Below are positions 10,108-19,866 of a stretch of DNA of 64,000 nucleotides, piece by piece (positions within the stretch are counted from its first letter, which is position 1; every line of letters begins with the position of its first letter). Source of the DNA: Bacteroidales bacterium UBA3289 (GTDB lineage: Bacteria; Bacteroidota; Bacteroidia; Bacteroidales; UBA932); NCBI GenBank assembly GCA_002361625.1, contig DETL01000011.1:39407-103406 (forward strand). Reading direction: 5' to 3'. The position numbers and the translations under genes are program-made. The notes beneath the pieces were generated by a model. It was not told the origin of the DNA and did no database searches. It worked only from the letters and a program-made list of their open reading frames with translations.

Positions 10108-11307
10108 TTATCGTTTCGGGGAGAATCTCAGGCCCACTTCGAAGTCCATGCGCAGCGGCTGGATGGTCCGGAGGGAACGGGGCTGGCCGCAGTCGAAGTA
10201 GTAACGGATCGTCGGGTCGAAGTAGATGCCGAGGTACGGGGTGAACTTGAATTCCACGCCGATGCCCACGCCGGTGGACAGCTGCAACGGATCCACCTTC
10301 TGCCGGTAGTGGATATCCCCGCCGGAGTCGTGGATGACGAAGTGGTTGTCGAGGAGCTTCTCCGCGGTGCCGTCCAGACGCACATGGACATTCCAGTAAC
10401 CGTCGTTCACGATGTTGAAGAAGAGGTTCAGCGGAACGCCGATATAGTGCAGCTGGTTGTTGATGTCCGTGTCGTAGAGGACCGGGCCGTTCTCCACTTC
10501 GCGGTAATCGCCCAGGAAGGAGCGGCTCAGGTTCGTGTACAGGATGCCCGTGCCGATACCCCAGCGGGGCGTGAAGTCATAGCGGAAGCCGATACCGGCG
10601 GATACCGGAAGTCCGAAACTGAATTCCGGGGACTCGGAAAGGATGCCCGTCCGGCTGGGGTCCGGGGGAATGAAGAGGCCGGACGTCCTGCGAATGGTGC
10701 TGGAGGGACTCTCCGGCCGGGTATTGGACTGGAGATTGCCCTGGATACTCATGGAGAAGGTCCCTTTCCGGTGGGTCTTGTGCTCCTCGAAGGCGAGGCG
10801 GTTGAAGGCGTCCGCATCGGCGGACAGGGTCTCGTCCTGGTTGAAGGACGGACGGCCGATGATGCTTTCCGGCCGGCGCTCGTCTTTCGGAACCACGGCT
10901 TCGGAAACGAGGGGCTTTTCCGGTTCTTCGGTCATGTCGAAGGAAGGGGCCTCCCAGACGCGGGCCGTACGGGTCCGCAGCCGGGAGACCTGCTCCACGA
11001 CAGGGGTGACGTCCTCTTCCGGAAGGGTCTCTTCCGGAAGAGTTTCGTCTGTCGCCGAAGCGACGGTGTTTATGGTTGGTTGGTTAGAAAGGTCTTTCTC
11101 GGGACCGGTCAGGACCACGGCCGCCACGACGGCGGCAGCGGCGGCGACGGCGCCCAGGCTTCTCCACAGCCATACGGGAACCGTCTTCTTCGGGGCCGCG
11201 GCCTGGTCCAGCCGGGCCTCGATGCCCTTCCACACATCCGGGGAGACGGATTCCTCCGCCCCGCCCATCAGGTTCCTTACATATATGTCAAACTCGTTCT
11301 CTTTCAT
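10108..11307 (-). CDS. Putative dual-membrane-spanning anti-sigma factor with C-terminal beta-barrel
   Basis: N-terminal VWKGIEARL segment, one TM helix, low-complexity linker, OMP beta-barrel C-terminus; overlaps the ECF sigma stop. Confidence 0.72.
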   Translation of the reverse strand: MKENEFDIYVRNLMGGAEESVSPDVWKGIEARLDQAAAPKKTVPVWLWRSLGAVAAAAAVVAAVVLTGPEKDLSNQPTINTVASATDETLPEETLPEEDVTPVVEQVSRLRTRTARVWEAPSFDMTEEPEKPLVSEAVVPKDERRPESIIGRPSFNQDETLSADADAFNRLAFEEHKTHRKGTFSMSIQGNLQSNTRPESPSSTIRRTSGLFIPPDPSRTGILSESPEFSFGLPVSAGIGFRYDFTPRWGIGTGILYTNLSRSFLGDYREVENGPVLYDTDINNQLHYIGVPLNLFFNIVNDGYWNVHVRLDGTAEKLLDNHFVIHDSGGDIHYRQKVDPLQLSTGVGIGVEFKFTPYLGIYFDPTIRYYFDCGQPRSLRTIQPLRMDFEVGLRFSPKR

Positions 11308-11921
11308 TTTTTCTCTCGTTCCTTGATCATTTCCTGCAACCTGAGCCTCGCCCGCTGGAGCTTGGAGCGCGTCGTCGCCTCATTGAGGCCCAGGGTCTGT
11401 GCAATCTCCTTGTGGGAGTAACCTTCAATCACGTACATGTTGAATATCGTCCGGGAATCGGACGGGAGGGCGGCGATCAGTTCCATCAGTTCCTTGTAGC
11501 CGATCTGCTGGACGGGGGTGGCTTCCTCGGTGAAGAGGGAGCGCGCCTCGGAAATGTCGTCGCTGAGCTTGAGGGCATCGGTTTTCCGGAGATGCATCAG
11601 GGCAGTATTGACAAAGATCCTGCGGGCCCAGCCTTCGAAGGAGCCTGCCCCCGAATAGCTGTCGAGCCTGGAAAACAACGTGACGAACCCGTCCTGGAGG
11701 ACGTCCTCCGCCGTAGGCCGGTCTCCCAGGTAGCGGAGGCACAGGGCCATCATTTTGGGCGCGAGGGCGTCGAACAGGCGCTTCTGCGCCTTCCTGTCTC
11801 CTTTGCGGCAGGCCGGAACCAGTTGTTCCAGGGCGCCGCCGGCGGGGGGATCGTCCGTTGCCGTCCAGGTTATAAGATGCAATCTGACCTTAAAATGTTT
11901 CATCCGTCCTGGAAAAATCAA
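11304..11921 (-). CDS. ECF RNA polymerase sigma-70 factor (start uncertain)
   Basis: AEDVLQDGF, GSFEGWARRIFVN, EGYSHKEIA. Confidence 0.92.
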   Translation of the reverse strand: MIFPGRMKHFKVRLHLITWTATDDPPAGGALEQLVPACRKGDRKAQKRLFDALAPKMMALCLRYLGDRPTAEDVLQDGFVTLFSRLDSYSGAGSFEGWARRIFVNTALMHLRKTDALKLSDDISEARSLFTEEATPVQQIGYKELMELIAALPSDSRTIFNMYVIEGYSHKEIAQTLGLNEATTRSKLQRARLRLQEMIKEREKK

Positions 11922-12002
11922 CGCTAAGACAAATATCGTAAAAATTTTCCCGGAATTGTATTATTTTTGTAAATCACTTGCGGCGAAACGGAAAAGAAGA
12001 AG

Positions 12003-13688
12003 ATGATGAAAAAGACGATACTCTCCGCCATCCTGCTGCTCACGACGGTTTTTTCCTTTGCACAGAACGTGGAAAGCGCCCTCGTGGACGCGGTGGCCCT
12101 CTATAACAACCGGGCTTACACGCAGTCCCGGACCCTCCTCCAGACCCTCTCCAAGGCGGCGCCGGACAACGACGCCGTCCAGTATTACCTGGGCCTGGAC
12201 GAAGCGATGCTCGGGAATGCCGATGCGGCGATCGCCCACCTCCGGAAGGCGGTGGAGCTGGACCCGCACAATTATTGGTACAAGCACCGTCTCGCGGAGC
12301 TGTACCAGGCCGCCGGCGAGGACGAGATGACCGTGGGGATGCTGGAAAGCATCCTGGCGGAGTTCCCCGACAAGACGGAGGTCAGTTACGACCTCCTGAC
12401 CCTATATCTGAAGCAAGGGAAGTACGAGAAGGCCCTCCAGGCCCTTGCCGACGTGGAAAAGATCACCGGTCCCGGGGAGCAGGTCGCGCGCACGCGCTAC
12501 GATATCTATCGTCAGCTCGGCCGGGATGAGGAAGCTATCGGCAGCCTCGAGGCCTTCAACGAGCAGTTCACCTCGCCTTCCATCCTATCCATGATGGGGG
12601 ATTACTACCTGGGCGAGTTCAAAGACTCCCTGGCGATGGCCTGTTACGAGGAGGCGCTGCACACGCAGAGCGACTATGTCCCTGCCATCCTGGGAAAGGC
12701 GGAGGTGTACCGCACCACCCGCCGGTATCCGGAGTATTTCTCTACGGTGGACGAGTTCATCGACAGCGACAGCGTTCCGGTGGAGGCCAAGGGAATGTAC
12801 GTGAGCAACATCATCCGTAGCCTGGACCCGAAACTCATCTCCTTGCACCAGAAGGGGTTCGACGGCATGGCGGAGCGGCTCGTCACCCGGCATCCGGAGG
12901 ACAGCACGGCCCTCTCCACCGTGGGCGGGTACTATTATGCGACGGGCCGGATGGACCAGGCCATCGACCTGTTCACCCGCAGCGCGGACCTGTATCCGGA
13001 GAGCCTTTCCCAGACGGTGAGCTGCATCCAGCTCCTCGGCATGGCGGAACGGTGGGAGGAAATGCGGGACCGCAGCATCGCGGCGTTCGACCGCTTCCAG
13101 GAGATGGGGTTCATGGACTACCTGAACATGGCGGACTATAACCTGAAGGACTATGACGCCGTTATCAACAACAGCCGGTATGTGATCGCCCGGAGCAAGG
13201 ACAACCCCGACCTCCTGAAGGCCGCCTGGTCCCAGATCGGAGACATGTACCACATGAAAGGGGATACGAAGGAAGCCTACAAGGCCTACGACAAAGCCCT
13301 CCGGATCGATCCGAACTATGCTCCCGTCCTGAACAACTACGCCTATTATCTCAGCGAAGAAGGCAAGAAGCTCAAGAAGGCCTTGTCCATGTCCAAAAAG
13401 ACGGTGGAGGCCGAGCCGGACAACGCCACTTACCTGGACACTTACGGCTGGATCCTGCATCTGCTGGGAAAGGACGCCGAGGCGAAGCCCGTCTTCAAGC
13501 ATGCCATGCTTTATGGAGGCAAGGACAGCGCCGTCCAGCTGGACCATTACGCGGAAGTCCTGTATTCCCTCTGGGAATATGACCTGGCGAAAGTCTATTG
13601 GAACCAGGCCAAGGCCAAGAATACGGAAGGGGAGATCCCCGACCTGGACAAGCGGGTGGAAGCCCGCCTGAAAGCCGTGGGCAAATGA
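12003..13688 (+). CDS. Periplasmic TPR-repeat protein
   Basis: Signal peptide; TPR motifs VLNNYAYYL, YLDTYGWIL. Confidence 0.88.
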   Translation: MMKKTILSAILLLTTVFSFAQNVESALVDAVALYNNRAYTQSRTLLQTLSKAAPDNDAVQYYLGLDEAMLGNADAAIAHLRKAVELDPHNYWYKHRLAELYQAAGEDEMTVGMLESILAEFPDKTEVSYDLLTLYLKQGKYEKALQALADVEKITGPGEQVARTRYDIYRQLGRDEEAIGSLEAFNEQFTSPSILSMMGDYYLGEFKDSLAMACYEEALHTQSDYVPAILGKAEVYRTTRRYPEYFSTVDEFIDSDSVPVEAKGMYVSNIIRSLDPKLISLHQKGFDGMAERLVTRHPEDSTALSTVGGYYYATGRMDQAIDLFTRSADLYPESLSQTVSCIQLLGMAERWEEMRDRSIAAFDRFQEMGFMDYLNMADYNLKDYDAVINNSRYVIARSKDNPDLLKAAWSQIGDMYHMKGDTKEAYKAYDKALRIDPNYAPVLNNYAYYLSEEGKKLKKALSMSKKTVEAEPDNATYLDTYGWILHLLGKDAEAKPVFKHAMLYGGKDSAVQLDHYAEVLYSLWEYDLAKVYWNQAKAKNTEGEIPDLDKRVEARLKAVGK

Positions 13689-14884
13689 TGAAACGCATCC
13701 TGTATATCGTTGCCGTGCTGCTCCTTTTCGGGGCGGCGGCATGGGCACAGGATACCCGGCGGCAGGAGAGCCGCAAAGCCGCCCTCCAGAAGGAGATCGC
13801 GGAGATCAACCGGCGCCTGAAAGAGAACACCCAGTCCTCGAGCCGGGCCCTGACGGACCTGGCCCTCGTCCGGCGGAAGATCACCGCCCGGCAGGAGCTC
13901 ATCGCGGAAAGCGACCGGGAGATCCGGGCCTTCGAGGATTCCGTCCTCGTCCGGCAGCGGGAGATCGATCGCCTGCAGGCCCGCCACGACACTCTTTCCC
14001 TGTACTATAACCGCCTGGTCCGGAGCGCCTACAAGAACCGTGACAGCCGGCTCTGGTACATGTATATCCTGGCGAGCGAGAACCTGGGCCAGGCCGCCCG
14101 CCGTTTCGGCTATCTCCGGGGGTTCTCCCGCGAGATGGCTTCCCAGGCGGAGAAAATCCGTCAGACCCAGGCGGAACTCGAGGTGGAGAAAGAGCGCCTG
14201 GCCGCCCTTAAGGCCGATGCGGAAGCGCTCCGCCGCCAGCGCCAGTCCGATGTGGAGACCCTCCGCTCGGAAGAGAGCGAATCCGCCACCCTGGTGGCCC
14301 GGCTGGAAAAGGACCGCAAGCAGTACCAGAAGGAGCTCGCCCGGAAAAACCGGGAAGTGGAGGCCCTGAACCGGGAGATCGCCGCCATCATCCGCAAGGC
14401 GACATCCAAGTCCTCTTCCGGCAAGAAAGCCCCGTCCAAGGGTGGGAAGACCACCTCTACGGCCGTGGACGAGGCCCTGTCCTCCAGTTTCGCCTCCAAC
14501 AAGGGCCGGCTGCCCTGGCCGGCCGACGGTACGGTCGTGGATTCCTACGGCCAGCATTACCATCCGGTCTATAAGAACGTCAAGCTCCCGTTCAACAACG
14601 GCGTCACCCTCGCCGTCGCCCGCGGCACGCAGGCGAAGGCCGTCTTTGACGGAACGGTCTCCCAGATCGTCGTCATCCCGGGTTACAACCAGTGCGTCCT
14701 GATCCAGCACGGCTCCTATTTCACCTTTTACTGCAAGCTCAAGTCTGTTGCCGTCAAAGCGGGCGACAAGGTGAAGACCGGTACGGTCCTCGGGACCGTG
14801 GACACCATTTCCGGCGAGGACCAGCTGCACTTCCAGCTCTGGAAAGAACGCACCCCGCAGGACCCGGAAAAGTGGCTGAAATGA
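13685..14884 (+). CDS. EnvC-like murein hydrolase activator (coiled coil + M23 domain)
   Basis: Long coiled coil, NKGRLPWP, IQHGSYFTFY, LHFQLW. Confidence 0.88.
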   Translation: MMKRILYIVAVLLLFGAAAWAQDTRRQESRKAALQKEIAEINRRLKENTQSSSRALTDLALVRRKITARQELIAESDREIRAFEDSVLVRQREIDRLQARHDTLSLYYNRLVRSAYKNRDSRLWYMYILASENLGQAARRFGYLRGFSREMASQAEKIRQTQAELEVEKERLAALKADAEALRRQRQSDVETLRSEESESATLVARLEKDRKQYQKELARKNREVEALNREIAAIIRKATSKSSSGKKAPSKGGKTTSTAVDEALSSSFASNKGRLPWPADGTVVDSYGQHYHPVYKNVKLPFNNGVTLAVARGTQAKAVFDGTVSQIVVIPGYNQCVLIQHGSYFTFYCKLKSVAVKAGDKVKTGTVLGTVDTISGEDQLHFQLWKERTPQDPEKWLK

Positions 14885-15179
14885 GCGCTGGCGCGGATTG
14901 TTGAAAACCGGCCCGCAAAAGTAACAGGAATGTTCCAATTTAGAGAAATTCTAAATTGGAATTTTTCGCATTTAATTGTGGGATAATGAATTAACAGGAT
15001 TACAAGGGTGGTGTTGAAAACTTTTTTACGGAAAAGGCGAACAACATTGGATGGAATGGACTATCTTTGTCCTCCGGAGGGTGTTCCCCACAAACACCCC
15101 TGCCCTGAAACAAGACTACAAAATCATAAACCCCAGGCAACCGGCCTCCCCGTCGGCGCTGCCTACAACTGACACTACT

Positions 15180-17390
15180 ATGGTAAAGCGTGTACTGAAA
15201 CGCGACGGACGCCGCGTCGAATTCAACAACCAGAAGATTGTCGCCGCCATCCTCAAGGCGATGGACGTGACCGAGAATGGCGAAGACATCGTCCTAGCCG
15301 CCCAGATCGCCCATGCCATCTCCCAGCTCGAGCAGGAGGAGATGACCGTGGAGGAGATCCAGGACGTGGTGGAGAACCAGCTGATGAACAGCCCCCGCCA
15401 GGAAGTGGCGAAGGAGTACATCCGTTACCGCAACAAGCGCAACCTCGCCCGCAAGGCGAAGACCAACGAGATCTTCGAAACCATCATCGACGCGCAGGTG
15501 AACGACATCACCCGTGAGAACGCCAACATGAACGCCGACACGCCGGCGGGCATGATGATGAAGTTCGCGTCCGAGGCCACGAAGAGCTATGTGGACGAGT
15601 GCCTCCTCTCGGATCCGGTCCGCGAAGCCGTTGCCAAGAACTATATCCACATCCACGACAAGGACTACTATCCCACGAAGTCCCTCACCTGCATCCAGCA
15701 TCCCCTGGACCTCATCCTGGAGCATGGCCTGAAGGCCGGCCACGGCGAGTCCCGTCCCGCGAAGCGCATCGAGACCGCTTCCGTCCTCGCCTGCATCTCC
15801 ATGGAGACGGTGCAGAACGAGATGCACGGCGGCCAGGCCATCCCGGCCTTCGACTTCTATCTCGCCCCGTTCGTCCGCAAGACCTTCGAGGAAGAGGTGG
15901 ACCAGGTCAGCGACCTGTTCAATACGGACTACAGCGACCTCAAGACCGTGGAGATCGACGATTACCTGAAGCATGACCTGATCGGTCTCCAGGGCCGCGA
16001 CCGCGCCCTGCAGCACGCCATCAACCAGACGGTGGGCCGTGTCCACCAGGCCATGGAGGCGTTCGTGCACAACATGAACACCATCCACAGCCGCGGCGGC
16101 AACCAGGTCGTCTTCTCCTCCATCAACTACGGCACGGATACCTCCGCGGAAGGCCGCTGCATCATCCGGGAGATCCTCAATACCACCTACGAAGGTGTGG
16201 GCAACGGCTCCACCGCCATCTTCCCGATCCAGATCTGGAAGAAGAAGCGGGGCGTCTCCTACCTCCCGGGCGACCGCAACTACGACCTGTACAAGTTCGC
16301 CTGCAAGGTGAGCGCCCGCCGGTTCTTCCCGAACTTCCTGAACCTCGACGCCTCCTTCAACCAGGACGATGCCTGGAAGGCCGACGATCCCCGCCGCTTC
16401 GAGCATGAGGTGGCGACGATGGGCTGCCGCACCCGCGTCTATGGCAACAAGTTCGGTCCCAAGACCTCCATTGGCCGCGGCAACCTGTCCTTCACCACGA
16501 TCAACATCGTGAAACTCGCCATCGAGGCGATGAATGAAGAGTCGGACAAGACCCTCCGGATCCAGAAGTTCTTCCAGAAGCTGGACTGGGCCCTGGAGAT
16601 CGCCGCGCGTCAGCTCAACGAACGCTTCGACTTCCAGAAAACCGCCCTCAAGAAGCAGTTCCCGCTTCTGATGAACGGCCTGTGGTTGGGCAGCGAGAAA
16701 CTGGACGAGAACGACACCATCGAGTCCGTCATCAATCAGGGCACCCTCTCCATCGGCTTCATCGGGCTGGCGGAGTGCCTGATCGCCCTGGTAGGCAAGC
16801 ACCACGGCGAGAGCGACGAGGCGCAGGAACTGGGCCTTCGGATCATCTCCCACATGGCGGAGAAGGTCAATGGCTTCGGCGAGACCTACCAGCACAATTT
16901 CACCCTGCTCGCCACTCCGGCGGAGGGCCTCGCCGGCAAGTTCACCAAGCGGGACAAGAAGACCTTCGGCGTCATCCCCGGCATCACGGACAAGGACTAC
17001 TACACGAACTCCAGCCACATCCCCGTGTACTACAAGTGCACCCCGGAGCACAAGGCGAAGATCGAAGGCCCGTACCACAAGTACGAGAACGCCGGTCACA
17101 TCTTCTATGTGGAGATTGACGGCGACGCCACGCACAACCCGCAGGCCATCATGAACATCGTGGACCTGATGGACAAGTACGACATCGGCTACGGCTCCGT
17201 GAACCACAACCGCAACCGCTGCCTGGACTGCGGCTTCGAGAACGCCCAGGACAACCTCCACGAATGCCCGCACTGCCACGGTCACCACATCGACACCCTG
17301 CAGCGCATCACCGGCTACCTCGTGGGTACGACCAACCGCTGGAATTCCGGCAAGCTCGCCGAGCTGAAGGACAGAGTCGTGCACGAATGA
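15180..17390 (+). CDS. nrdD: Anaerobic (class III) ribonucleoside-triphosphate reductase
   Basis: ATP cone VLKRDG, TMGCRT, C-terminal CxxC..CxxC and RITGYL glycyl-radical motif. Confidence 0.97.
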   Translation: MVKRVLKRDGRRVEFNNQKIVAAILKAMDVTENGEDIVLAAQIAHAISQLEQEEMTVEEIQDVVENQLMNSPRQEVAKEYIRYRNKRNLARKAKTNEIFETIIDAQVNDITRENANMNADTPAGMMMKFASEATKSYVDECLLSDPVREAVAKNYIHIHDKDYYPTKSLTCIQHPLDLILEHGLKAGHGESRPAKRIETASVLACISMETVQNEMHGGQAIPAFDFYLAPFVRKTFEEEVDQVSDLFNTDYSDLKTVEIDDYLKHDLIGLQGRDRALQHAINQTVGRVHQAMEAFVHNMNTIHSRGGNQVVFSSINYGTDTSAEGRCIIREILNTTYEGVGNGSTAIFPIQIWKKKRGVSYLPGDRNYDLYKFACKVSARRFFPNFLNLDASFNQDDAWKADDPRRFEHEVATMGCRTRVYGNKFGPKTSIGRGNLSFTTINIVKLAIEAMNEESDKTLRIQKFFQKLDWALEIAARQLNERFDFQKTALKKQFPLLMNGLWLGSEKLDENDTIESVINQGTLSIGFIGLAECLIALVGKHHGESDEAQELGLRIISHMAEKVNGFGETYQHNFTLLATPAEGLAGKFTKRDKKTFGVIPGITDKDYYTNSSHIPVYYKCTPEHKAKIEGPYHKYENAGHIFYVEIDGDATHNPQAIMNIVDLMDKYDIGYGSVNHNRNRCLDCGFENAQDNLHECPHCHGHHIDTLQRITGYLVGTTNRWNSGKLAELKDRVVHE

Positions 17391-17893
17391 GAATCCGGGT
17401 TTTAAAAATCCTCGAACAGACAATGGCCGACGGCCCGGGTTTCCGGACGTCGGTTTATTGTGCGGGGTGCAGGCATGCCTGCAAGGGCTGCCATAATCCG
17501 CAGTCCTGGGACTTCAACGCCGGTGAGTGGATGGATGTGCAGGAAATCCTGGACATCATCAAGGCCGACAGCATGTCCAACGTGAGTTTCTCCGGCGGAG
17601 ACCCGCTGTATCAGGTCGATGCCTTCACGGAACTCGCCCGCCGCATCAAGGAAGAGACCGGCAAGACCATCTGGTGCTGGACCGGCTTCACCTATGAGGA
17701 GGTCCTGGCGGATCCCCATCTCGCCCAGATCCTCCCGTATCTGGATGTGCTGGTGGACGGCCCCTTCATCCTGGAGCAGCGGGACACGGAGCTCCTTTTC
17801 CGCGGCAGTCCCAACCAGCGCATCATCTATTTACACGAAAAGCCCGAGGATGATGTCATCCCCGGGACTGTTCCGTTGGTTCCTTTAAGGTAG
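17387..17893 (+). CDS. nrdG: Anaerobic RNR activating radical-SAM enzyme
   Basis: DGPGFR, CRHACKGC, SGGDP, FRGSPNQR. Confidence 0.96.
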   Translation: MRIRVLKILEQTMADGPGFRTSVYCAGCRHACKGCHNPQSWDFNAGEWMDVQEILDIIKADSMSNVSFSGGDPLYQVDAFTELARRIKEETGKTIWCWTGFTYEEVLADPHLAQILPYLDVLVDGPFILEQRDTELLFRGSPNQRIIYLHEKPEDDVIPGTVPLVPLR

Positions 17894-17898
17894 ATACC

Positions 17899-18885
17899 CT
17901 ACAGGTTCTTGTTCTCGGTACCCCAGTCGGCGACGGCGGGGATGATGCCGAGCGAGATGATCTCGTCACGCATCTTCACGAGGTGCTCGTAGGAGGCGTC
18001 GAGGGCAGCCATTTCCTCGGCGGTGCCTTCCGGCATCGTGAAGTGGCAGCCGGTGGCGTCGATCGTGGTGGGCATGGCCATCATCACGTTCTTGTACTTG
18101 CCGCAGTTCACATAGGTGCCGGCGGGCCAGGTGAAGACCTCGCCGCCCATCGCGGCCTCGATCATCTTCACGGCCTGGTAGGCAGGGCTCTGGAAGGAGC
18201 TGCGGCCGCGGAGCTTGATGATGTTGGAGCCACCCTGGATGGTGTTGTGCTTGATCTCGGCGAAACGCTCGGCGGAAAGGCCCATTTCGGCGAGGGGCTT
18301 GCCGTCGACCTTCACCTGGGAGGCGAAGACGGCCATGGCCTCACCGTGACCACCGTAGGTGTGGGCACCGGTGACCTTGCACTGCTGGACGCCGAACTCC
18401 TGCGCCAGGGCTTCCTGCAGACGGGTGCTGTCCAGGGCGGCGAGGGAGGTGAGCTTTTCCGGAGCGAGACCGGAACGGATGAGGGCGGTGAGGGCGGTGA
18501 CATCGGCCGGGTTGAAGATCACCACGACGAACTTCACGTCCGGGCAGTACTTCTCGATGTTCTCGCCGAACTCGGCAGCGATCTGGCAGTTGCCCTTGAG
18601 GAGATCCTCGCGGGTCATGCCTTCCTTACGGGGTGCACCACCGGAGGAGATGATATACTTCGCATCCTTGAAAGCGACGGCCGGGTCGATGGTTGCGGTC
18701 AGGTTGATACCCGGGAAAGCGCAGTGGTCCATCTCGGCGAGCACGCCCTTGAGGCCGGGCTCATAGATGTCATACAGGCAGATGTTCGGCGTGAGGCCGA
18801 GCATGGCGGCAGTCTGAACCATGTTGGAGCCAATCATACCGGCAGCGCCGACGATGAGAAGCTTTTCATCAGTGAGAAATTTCAT
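17899..18885 (-). CDS. mdh: Malate dehydrogenase
   Basis: GAAGMIG, PRKEGMTREDLL, LDSTR, GGHGE. Confidence 0.92.
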   Translation of the reverse strand: MKFLTDEKLLIVGAAGMIGSNMVQTAAMLGLTPNICLYDIYEPGLKGVLAEMDHCAFPGINLTATIDPAVAFKDAKYIISSGGAPRKEGMTREDLLKGNCQIAAEFGENIEKYCPDVKFVVVIFNPADVTALTALIRSGLAPEKLTSLAALDSTRLQEALAQEFGVQQCKVTGAHTYGGHGEAMAVFASQVKVDGKPLAEMGLSAERFAEIKHNTIQGGSNIIKLRGRSSFQSPAYQAVKMIEAAMGGEVFTWPAGTYVNCGKYKNVMMAMPTTIDATGCHFTMPEGTAEEMAALDASYEHLVKMRDEIISLGIIPAVADWGTENKNL

Positions 18886-18956
18886 GACTTTATGTTTTAA
18901 TATTCAACGTTTCGCTTTTCGCACCGCAAAGATAGCAATTTCCCGCCAAAGATTGA

Positions 18957-18986
18957 TTTGCATTTATGAAAAATCCATTATCTTTG
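18957..18986 (+). promoter_or_regulatory. Bacteroidetes sigma-A promoter
   Basis: TTTG-N18-TATCTTTG. Confidence 0.7.
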
Positions 18987-18991
18987 TAGAG

Positions 18992-19138
18992 TTAATTGGT
19001 AGCAAGCAAAATGGAGCCTCCCAGTCCGGTCGTGTCATTGATAGGGGTCGTCAGTTCTGACGAACCCCCGTTGCGATGCCATACATACTGGAGTTCCCGG
19101 TCCTTTCGAGGAACCGGGCGCTGCTGCATTTTCTAGCT
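18992..19138 (+). ncRNA. Structured RNA, possibly Bacteroidales-1-like
   Basis: Nested stems AAAATG/CATTTT, CCAGT/ACTGG, GGGGTCGTCAG/CTGACGAACCCC and CCCGGTCCT-TTCG-AGGAACCGGG downstream of a promoter; family call from memory only. Confidence 0.55.
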
Positions 19139-19151
19139 CAAACTGACATTT

Positions 19152-19790
19152 ATGGGACTATATCTGAAGAAGAAACTCGACAATGAAGCGGAGATCGGCG
19201 TTTGGCAGATCACCGAAACCGAGGAGCAGCTCAAGGAAATGAGCTCCACCCCCAGCGACGAGATGGAGGAAATCTCGTTCATCCGCAGCGAATCCCTGCG
19301 GAAGCAGCGCCTTGCGGTGCGCGCCCTCCTGAACACGATGTTCGACGAGAAGGTGTACCTGAGCCACCACGACAACGGCAAGCCCTACCTGGAGAACAAC
19401 CCGGTGAACATCTCCATCACCCATACCGAAAAATATGTCGCCGTCATCCTCCACGAGGAGGAGAACGTGGGCATCGACATCGAATCCCTGGACCGCGACT
19501 TCTCCGTCGTGGAAAAGAAGGCCCTCTCCGAGGACGAGATCGAGGACCTGGAGGACGAGAAGCGGAACGAGCAGCTCGCCATCTACTGGTGCGCCAAGGA
19601 GGCCATTTTCAAGCTCCTGAGCCGCTACAATGTCGATTTCGCCGAACAGATCGAGATCGAGCGCTTCCGCCCCCGCGGCGAGGGCGAGCTGGAGGCCACC
19701 TTCATCGGCAAGAAGGACGAGGAAGAGGAGTTCGACCTCGAATACATCACCTTCGACCGCCACGTCCTCGTGTGGGTCGTGGGGGAGTAA
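19152..19790 (+). CDS. 4'-phosphopantetheinyl transferase superfamily protein
   Basis: GKPYL, ISITHT, VGIDIE, YWCAKEAIFK. Confidence 0.88.
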   Translation: MGLYLKKKLDNEAEIGVWQITETEEQLKEMSSTPSDEMEEISFIRSESLRKQRLAVRALLNTMFDEKVYLSHHDNGKPYLENNPVNISITHTEKYVAVILHEEENVGIDIESLDRDFSVVEKKALSEDEIEDLEDEKRNEQLAIYWCAKEAIFKLLSRYNVDFAEQIEIERFRPRGEGELEATFIGKKDEEEEFDLEYITFDRHVLVWVVGE

Positions 19791-19800
19791 ACCCTGCATA

Positions 19801-19851
19801 ATACCAAGTTATGGGGATTGAATCTTTGGTTCAATCCCCATAACTTTGTGC
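19801..19851 (+). promoter_or_regulatory. feoAB promoter with 17-bp inverted repeat / operator boxes
   Basis: AAGTTATGGGGATTGAA (19806-19822) and its perfect reverse complement (19830-19846) overlapping the -7 box TAACTTTG (19841-19848). Confidence 0.7.
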
Positions 19852-19866
19852 CCTCAGCACAAAACT

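Noticed and set aside
14930-15180. Possible NrdR boxes or riboswitch upstream of nrdD
   Set aside because: Only an imperfect AT-rich palindrome; no convincing NrdR or cobalamin consensus.
19801-19866. Fur box at feoAB
   Set aside because: No GATAATGATAATCATTATC-like match; the palindrome present is of a different type.
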